Source of the DNA: Styela clava
Lineage: Eukaryota
Assembly (NCBI RefSeq): GCF_964204865.1
Contig: NC_135263.1
Span: forward strand, 15,624,001 to 15,688,000
Direction of reading: 5' to 3'
Length of the DNA stretch: 64,000 bases
Shown here: in pieces, positions 58,422 through 64,000 of the stretch
Numbering within the stretch: the stretch's first letter is position 1
How the letters are laid out: each line of letters begins with the position of its first letter
Notes under the pieces: model-generated
Databases searched by the model: none
What the model was told of the DNA's origin: nothing
Seen by the model: only the letters and a program-made list of their open reading frames with translations
Translations under genes and position numbers: made by a program

Positions 58422-58440
58422 TGGCGAGCACACGCCAGGA
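58422..58440 (+). other. Primer-binding site, tRNA-Arg-like
   Basis: TGGCGAGCacacGCCAGGA lies upstream of gag and resembles the complement of the tRNA-Arg(ACG) 3' end (TGGCGAGCCAGCCAGGAG), with an imperfect middle. Confidence 0.7.
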
Positions 58441-58576
58441 TATATTATTCGACACAAGGAGTATTAAGACTAAGCCGATTAAGTAGGCTTGTCTGTGACG
58501 GATAATATTTGGACAATATTGGACATTTGAGGTTGCCGAATTTTTTTTAATTGCGGTTGCCTGATATCTTGGAAAA

Positions 58577-60160
58577 ATGGTTAAGAGAAGAAAGATTGTA
58601 CCGGCACCAAAGGAAGCAAAGGAGAATGAACTTTTGCATCTGCAAATACAGATATTAAAAGCAAAACTGAAGGAATCAGAAGAAAAACAAGAGGAAATGT
58701 TGGAAAAGCAAGAGGAGACTGACAGTCGTTTGCAACTGATAGACAGTCGTGTGCAACAGATTGGAAGTCAACTAGAATCAGTTGAACTCCAGAATGCGAA
58801 AATTGGCTCATCTTTTGAACATGTTTACAACATGCTGCAAGATATTTCTGGCGTGGTTAAAACAGGAAAAGTTGCTGATTCTGAAGAAACGCAGCCCATG
58901 TCACATGTCCCAGATGTCAGCTTGATCACTTCAACACCCGCAACGGTTGTTCCAAAAGCAGCGCCTGTTCTCAAGCATGATGAAATTTCTGATTTTGGAT
59001 CAGAAGATGGACAGCCAGAAGGGAAGCGGAACGCGTTCTCACAGACATTAGAGGTGAAATTTTTGGAGAATGGTCATGTGAGTAACCTTGCACCTACAAT
59101 TCCTTTTTTGAATGATAATGGTAATGAGGGCACAAATGTCAGAAGGCAACTTAGTACTAGGCCGAAAATGATTACAGTGGCTACACAATCAGCTCCTCCA
59201 GTGAGCGCTAGTAGTGTCTCGAATGCCAATGTCAGCCGTAGTGTTCTCAATAGCACAGCTAATGCTACGATGATGGCAAGAAATGCCAAAAAGCCAATGT
59301 ATTTCGATGGATCCACTGTCATGACATGGCCCAGTTATTTATGCCATTTTGAATTGGTTACCAGTTATAATCAGTGGGATGACGACACTGCAGGATTAGA
59401 ATTGGCTACTTGCATGACAGGTCAAGCTCTAAATGTGTTGAAAGATTTACCAGAAATGAAACGTACTAGCTATCGTGATATTGTGGCTCATTTTAATCAT
59501 TATTTCAAACCTGCCGGAAATGCGAGCTCATATCGTACTACATTTCATTGTCGTAGGATTAAGCCAAATGAAGCGCCACGGGATTATGGTAACAAATTGA
59601 AAGAGCTTGTTATTCTTGCTTACCCAAATCTTGATATTGCTGGTCAAGATGATATTTTGAAATCGCAGTTTCTCGCGGGTTTAACCGATGAAAGCATGAT
59701 CAAACATGTTACCATGCAACAGCCTGATACTTTTGAAAGTGCACTGTCTCTTGCAACGCTGTATTACTCTGTTGATACTAACCACTCTGAGAGAAGAGAC
59801 ATGCCTAAACCTCGCATTGCCGCAGTGAAACAGAGTAACACTGGTGATGCAGCTAATCAGCAAACCGACCTTTTTCAGTTTCTCGAGAGCAGTTTTGAGC
59901 GACTTGTAGCAAAACTGGATGAGATCATAGGATATGTTAAGCCACGCGCTAACAACAATCGCAATTTTGATGGTGTACCACGCAACCCGTGTCCTCGATG
60001 TGGTAAACATGGTCATTGGGGCAGGGATTGCAAGGCATGTTTTAATTGCAAGCAGACTGGTCATCTTAAACGGGATTGTCCACATCTTCAGAATCCCGCT
60101 GATCCTGCAACAGCTGCTTCCTCTTCGACCGCAAATTTAAACGACACTCAGCGGGCTTGA
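58577..60160 (+). CDS. gag: Gag, 527 aa
   Basis: N-terminal coiled coil, capsid-like FDGS...WPSYLCHFE...NQW and QFLAGL, and two CCHC knuckles (CPRCGKHGHWGRDC, CFNCKQTGHLKRDC). Confidence 0.92.
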   Translation: MVKRRKIVPAPKEAKENELLHLQIQILKAKLKESEEKQEEMLEKQEETDSRLQLIDSRVQQIGSQLESVELQNAKIGSSFEHVYNMLQDISGVVKTGKVADSEETQPMSHVPDVSLITSTPATVVPKAAPVLKHDEISDFGSEDGQPEGKRNAFSQTLEVKFLENGHVSNLAPTIPFLNDNGNEGTNVRRQLSTRPKMITVATQSAPPVSASSVSNANVSRSVLNSTANATMMARNAKKPMYFDGSTVMTWPSYLCHFELVTSYNQWDDDTAGLELATCMTGQALNVLKDLPEMKRTSYRDIVAHFNHYFKPAGNASSYRTTFHCRRIKPNEAPRDYGNKLKELVILAYPNLDIAGQDDILKSQFLAGLTDESMIKHVTMQQPDTFESALSLATLYYSVDTNHSERRDMPKPRIAAVKQSNTGDAANQQTDLFQFLESSFERLVAKLDEIIGYVKPRANNNRNFDGVPRNPCPRCGKHGHWGRDCKACFNCKQTGHLKRDCPHLQNPADPATAASSSTANLNDTQRA

Positions 60161-63100
60161 GGTCCTCAGTGTCCGCTGAATTATTACTTGATGACGGACC
60201 AACGAACCAGAATATAGACCTGAATATTTGTTCCTTGCAATATGACAATAGTTGGCATGCGAAGGTACTTGTAAACAATCAACCGTTCAATTTTCTTGTA
60301 GATAGTGGTGCTATGACTACTCTGATCGACATTTCCATCTTTGAGGCTATAGGTGGGAAAGAAGCACATTTAGCACCGCTCGAAGAATCTCTTGTTGCAG
60401 TGGGAGGACATGATTTATCACCACTGGGTACATTGGAAGTTGATTTGTCTATTGATTCTTTTGCATCGCGACGCACGGTTGTTGTTGCCAACCTAGGTAT
60501 GTCTAATGGTATTTTGGGCATGGACTATCTCCGAGAACATGATTGCGTTCTTTACTTATCATCTGGACACATGATGATAGAGGGTCATGAAATCAAACTG
60601 TTTACTGAAAAGTCTGTACCGTGTTGTCGTGTAACGGTTCGAGAAGATATTACTATACCGCCATATTCTAAGGTTGTTATCCCTGCACAACTTAGTCGTC
60701 CTTGGACGAAAAGCAATTTGTCTGACGTTGCTGCTCTTGTTGAACCGCTGAATTCTTCTTTCCTTGCTGATGGCGTTCAGCTGATTTCTTCTGTAGTGGA
60801 TCCAGGAAAGTCCACTGTTCCTGTTCTAGCGGTGAACCAAAAAGGCAGACAACTTAAGATCAGGGCTGGATCTTTGCTTGGTATTGCACATCCTCAACTT
60901 GTAGCACAAATTCAAGTTGACGAATCCGATAATCGGGTTATAGCTTCTGAATTACCAGAACATCTACATGACATGGTCAATTCCGTTGAGGATCTAACCC
61001 CGAGTCAACGTGAGCAGTTGGTCAACTTGATTTGTGAATTCCATGATGTATTTGTAGGGCCAGATGGTGAACTTGGCCGTACTTCAGCAGCAAAGCATAG
61101 GATCATCACAACCACACCACAGCCGATTCGGCAGGCTCCTCGTCGAATGGGGTGGGCGCGTAGGAAGATAGCCGAAGAAGCTGTTGATAATATGCTGGCT
61201 CAGGGTGTCATAGAACCCAGCGATTCCCCATATTCTTCTCCCAATGTCCTAGTTCCCAAAAAGGATGGTTCTACCAGATTTTGCGTGGATTTTAGATTGC
61301 TCAATGACGTCACATACAAGGACGCATATCCCTTGCCGCGTATTGAGGATATCATTGAGTCCTTAAACGGAGCACAATGGTTCTCAACTCTTGATCTCGC
61401 TAGCGGATATTGGCAAGTGGAGGTTGATCCTGCAGACCGTGAAAAGACAGCATTCAGCATCCCAGGCCGTGGTCATTTTCACTTTGTAGTGATGCCTTTC
61501 GGTTTGGCGAATGCTCCCGCAACATTCGAACGGATGATGGACAATATCCTTGGTGATCTCCTGTGGAACGGGTGTTTCAATTTCCTTGATGATGTTTTGG
61601 CTCATGGTAGTGATTTCTCAATGGCACTCTCAAATCTTCGGGAAGTTTTTATAAGACTTCGCCGTGCCGGTTTACGCTTGAAGCCCTCGAAATGTAAACT
61701 TTTCCGTCGGAGCACCTCTTATCTTGGTTATCTTATTTCATCTGACGGTGTCTGTTGCGACCCTGGAAATGTTGCGGCTATTAAAGAATGGAAAACGCCA
61801 AATTCTGTCAGCGATATTCGTAGTTTTCTAGGCACAGCGAACTACTACCGGAAGTTTGTTCAAGATTATTCAACAATTGCTGGACCTCTTATTCGATTGA
61901 CCAGGAAGAATATTTCCTTTGTATGGAGTACTGAATGTCAAGAGGCTTTTGAAACTTTGAAGCATTGTCTGACATCTGCCCCAATTCTTAGCTTTCCGAG
62001 GACAATCGGCGAATTTGTATTGGATACTGATGCCAGTGGTTTTGGGATTGGTGCAGTGTTATCTCAAGTTCAGGACGACAATGAACGTGTACTTTCTTAT
62101 GCCAGTAAGACTATGTCCAAGTCTCAACGTAGATACTGTGCTACACACCGGGAACTATTAGCTGTGGTGTGGGCTGTTCGTCATTGCAGTCATTTTCTTC
62201 TCGGGAGACCGTTCAGAATTCGCACAGATCATGCTGCTCTGAAATGGTTGATCAATTTTCGTGAACCTCAAGGAATGTTAGCAAGATGGATATTAACACT
62301 TGGTGCTTATGACTTTAAGATTGAACACAGACCGGGCGTGAAACATGGCAATGCTGATGGATTGTCACGCCAAGTTCGCAAATGCAAACGAGAAGATTGT
62401 TCTGATTGTGGTACCAATGGTGATGTGGCTGTGAGCAATGTTATTGTAAGTGCAATATCAAAACGGCCCGGTCAATCATCGTCAGACTGTTCCGATTGTA
62501 ATTGGCTAGATACCTACACAGATGAACAAATTAAATCTTGGCAAAGTGAAGATCCAGATATTTCTGCTGTTTTGAAATGGAAACAACTTACTGCTCAGAA
62601 ACCTGACATTCAAGAATACATGCCTGAATCAACAGTGACCAAACGTTTGATGTCACAATGGGATTTGATTTTTGTAGATAATGGACTTCTCTATCGTCGT
62701 TGGATTCCTGATTGTAAATCGGAGGAATCGCATATCCAATTGATTGTTCCATCAAATTTGAGGCAGGATTTGTTCCATAAGCTACATTCTTTGCGCACTG
62801 CAGGTCATCTTGGTGCTAATCGAACTTTCAAGAGTATAAGGCGCAGATTTTATTGGCCTGGTTTCAAAAGGGACATTCTGAAATGGTGCAAATTTTGCAA
62901 GTCTTGTGCTTCAACAAAGATGCTTTACGGAAGAAGACAGGGAGATTTGAAACAACTTATATCTGAAGCTCCTATGGAAAGGATTGCCATTGATTTTCTT
63001 GGACCATTGCCTGTAACTGAAAATGGGAATGAACACATTTTGGTTTTGTCGGACTATTTCTCTAAATGGGTGGAATGTTTTGCTTTACCAAATCAGCGAG

Positions 63101-64000
63101 CTGACACCACTGCTGATGCATTGGTTACTCAATTCTTTTCGAGATTTGGGGTACCAAGAATTCTCCACTCAGATCAAGGAAGAGACTTTGAATCAAAATT
63201 ATTTTCAGAAATGTGTCAATTGTACGGGATTCAAAAGACTCGAACAACTCCATATCATCCTCGTTCAGATGGACAAGTTGAACGTTTCAACAGGACCATA
63301 CAGCAGATGTTGAAAGCTTTTGTAAATGAGAATCGAAATGATTGGGACGACCATCTCCCATATCTTTGTATGGCATATCGCTCCACTGTACATGATAGTA
63401 CAGGATATTCACCGAACAAGTTAATGCTTGGACGAGAAATCGAGATACCTGTTGATGTTATGTTTGGCAAACCAGAGTCATCAACTCATCCTTGTTACAC
63501 TGAGTTTGTCGAATGGTTTTCCTGTGCAACGAAAAAAGCTTTTCTTCATGCTAGGCAACATCTAAATGCTGCTGCAACCAGACAAAAGCGAAATTTTGAT
63601 CTGGGTGTAAAACCACTTACTTTCCAGAGAGATGAATTGGTGTGGTATTATTATCCACCAAAGCATCGCAAGCTGAGTATTCCTTGGATTGGGCCTTATC
63701 GAATTGTGGACTGTTTACCTAATCACTTGTATAGGATTCAGAAGAATTCGGGAACACGTTCTCGAATCGTGCATGTTGACAAACTGAGACCTTACCTTCA
63801 TGAAGATGAAGAAGACAACGACATTGACTTAACCGGATTTGACATTTTACCTGATGTGGAACCTATTATGGAAAATAATGAGCAGGCTGCTCATGATATT
63901 TTTGATGAATTACCTTTCTCTTCAAGGCCAGACACTGTACCAGAAGAAGTTACAGTTGATGCGAACTCTGATAATGGCCAACGTACTAGGCGAAGGCCTA
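60136..64000 (+). CDS. pol: Pol polyprotein (protease, RT, RNase H, integrase with GPY/F) in the -1 frame relative to gag; open to the window end
   Basis: FLVDSGA and GILGMDYL (protease); RFCVDFRLLN, LDLASGYWQV, MPFGLANAPATF and FLDD (RT); VLDTDASG, TDHAALKW and HGNADGLSR (RNase H); H...GHLG...CKSC, IAIDFLGPLP, SDQGRDF, GQVERFNRT and WIGPYRI (integrase). No stop codon was seen on manual translation. Missing from the ORF track because it has no stop within the window. Confidence 0.95.

Larger units (their letters stand above)
57753..64000 (+). mobile_element. Ty3/Gypsy LTR retrotransposon, truncated by the window end; putative 5' LTR about 57753-58415
   Basis: PBS, gag, and pol in PR-RT-RH-IN order. 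The LTR start (tgtgtaac) is inferred and cannot be confirmed because the 3' LTR is outside the window. Confidence 0.93.

Noticed and set aside
58581-63470. Antisense and alternate-frame ORFs inside the retrotransposon
   Set aside because: They are shadows of the long gag and pol frames with no independent motifs. No env-like ORF is visible within the window.

Overview
AT-rich, intron-containing animal genomic DNA. Compact genes, short GT-AG introns and chordate-like proteins suggest an invertebrate chordate such as an ascidian; this is inference, not proven. In order the window holds: the 3' end of BTAF1/Mot1 (+), an unannotated single-pass membrane protein with a long Tyr/Ser-rich tail (+), a 12-exon CNG channel beta-type subunit (-), a TXNDC12/AGR-family thioredoxin (+), GABARAPL2/ATG8 (-), intronless SENP8 and MTHFS whose coding sequences overlap by 14 nt on the same strand (-), intronless ISCU (+), an 11-exon gene with two RFX-like winged-helix domains (-), a hAT transposase remnant, and an apparently intact Ty3/Gypsy LTR retrotransposon that runs off the right end. 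Many hAT and Tc1/mariner MITEs are interspersed. The most notable observations are the SENP8-MTHFS overlapping bicistron (bracketed by two inverted copies of one MITE), a double slippery site plus hairpin at the gag-pol junction, the tandem-wHTH protein, and a diverged copy of a BTAF1 exon fragment inside an upstream intron. Exon structures were assembled by eye from splice signals, phase and remembered family motifs. No searches were run.
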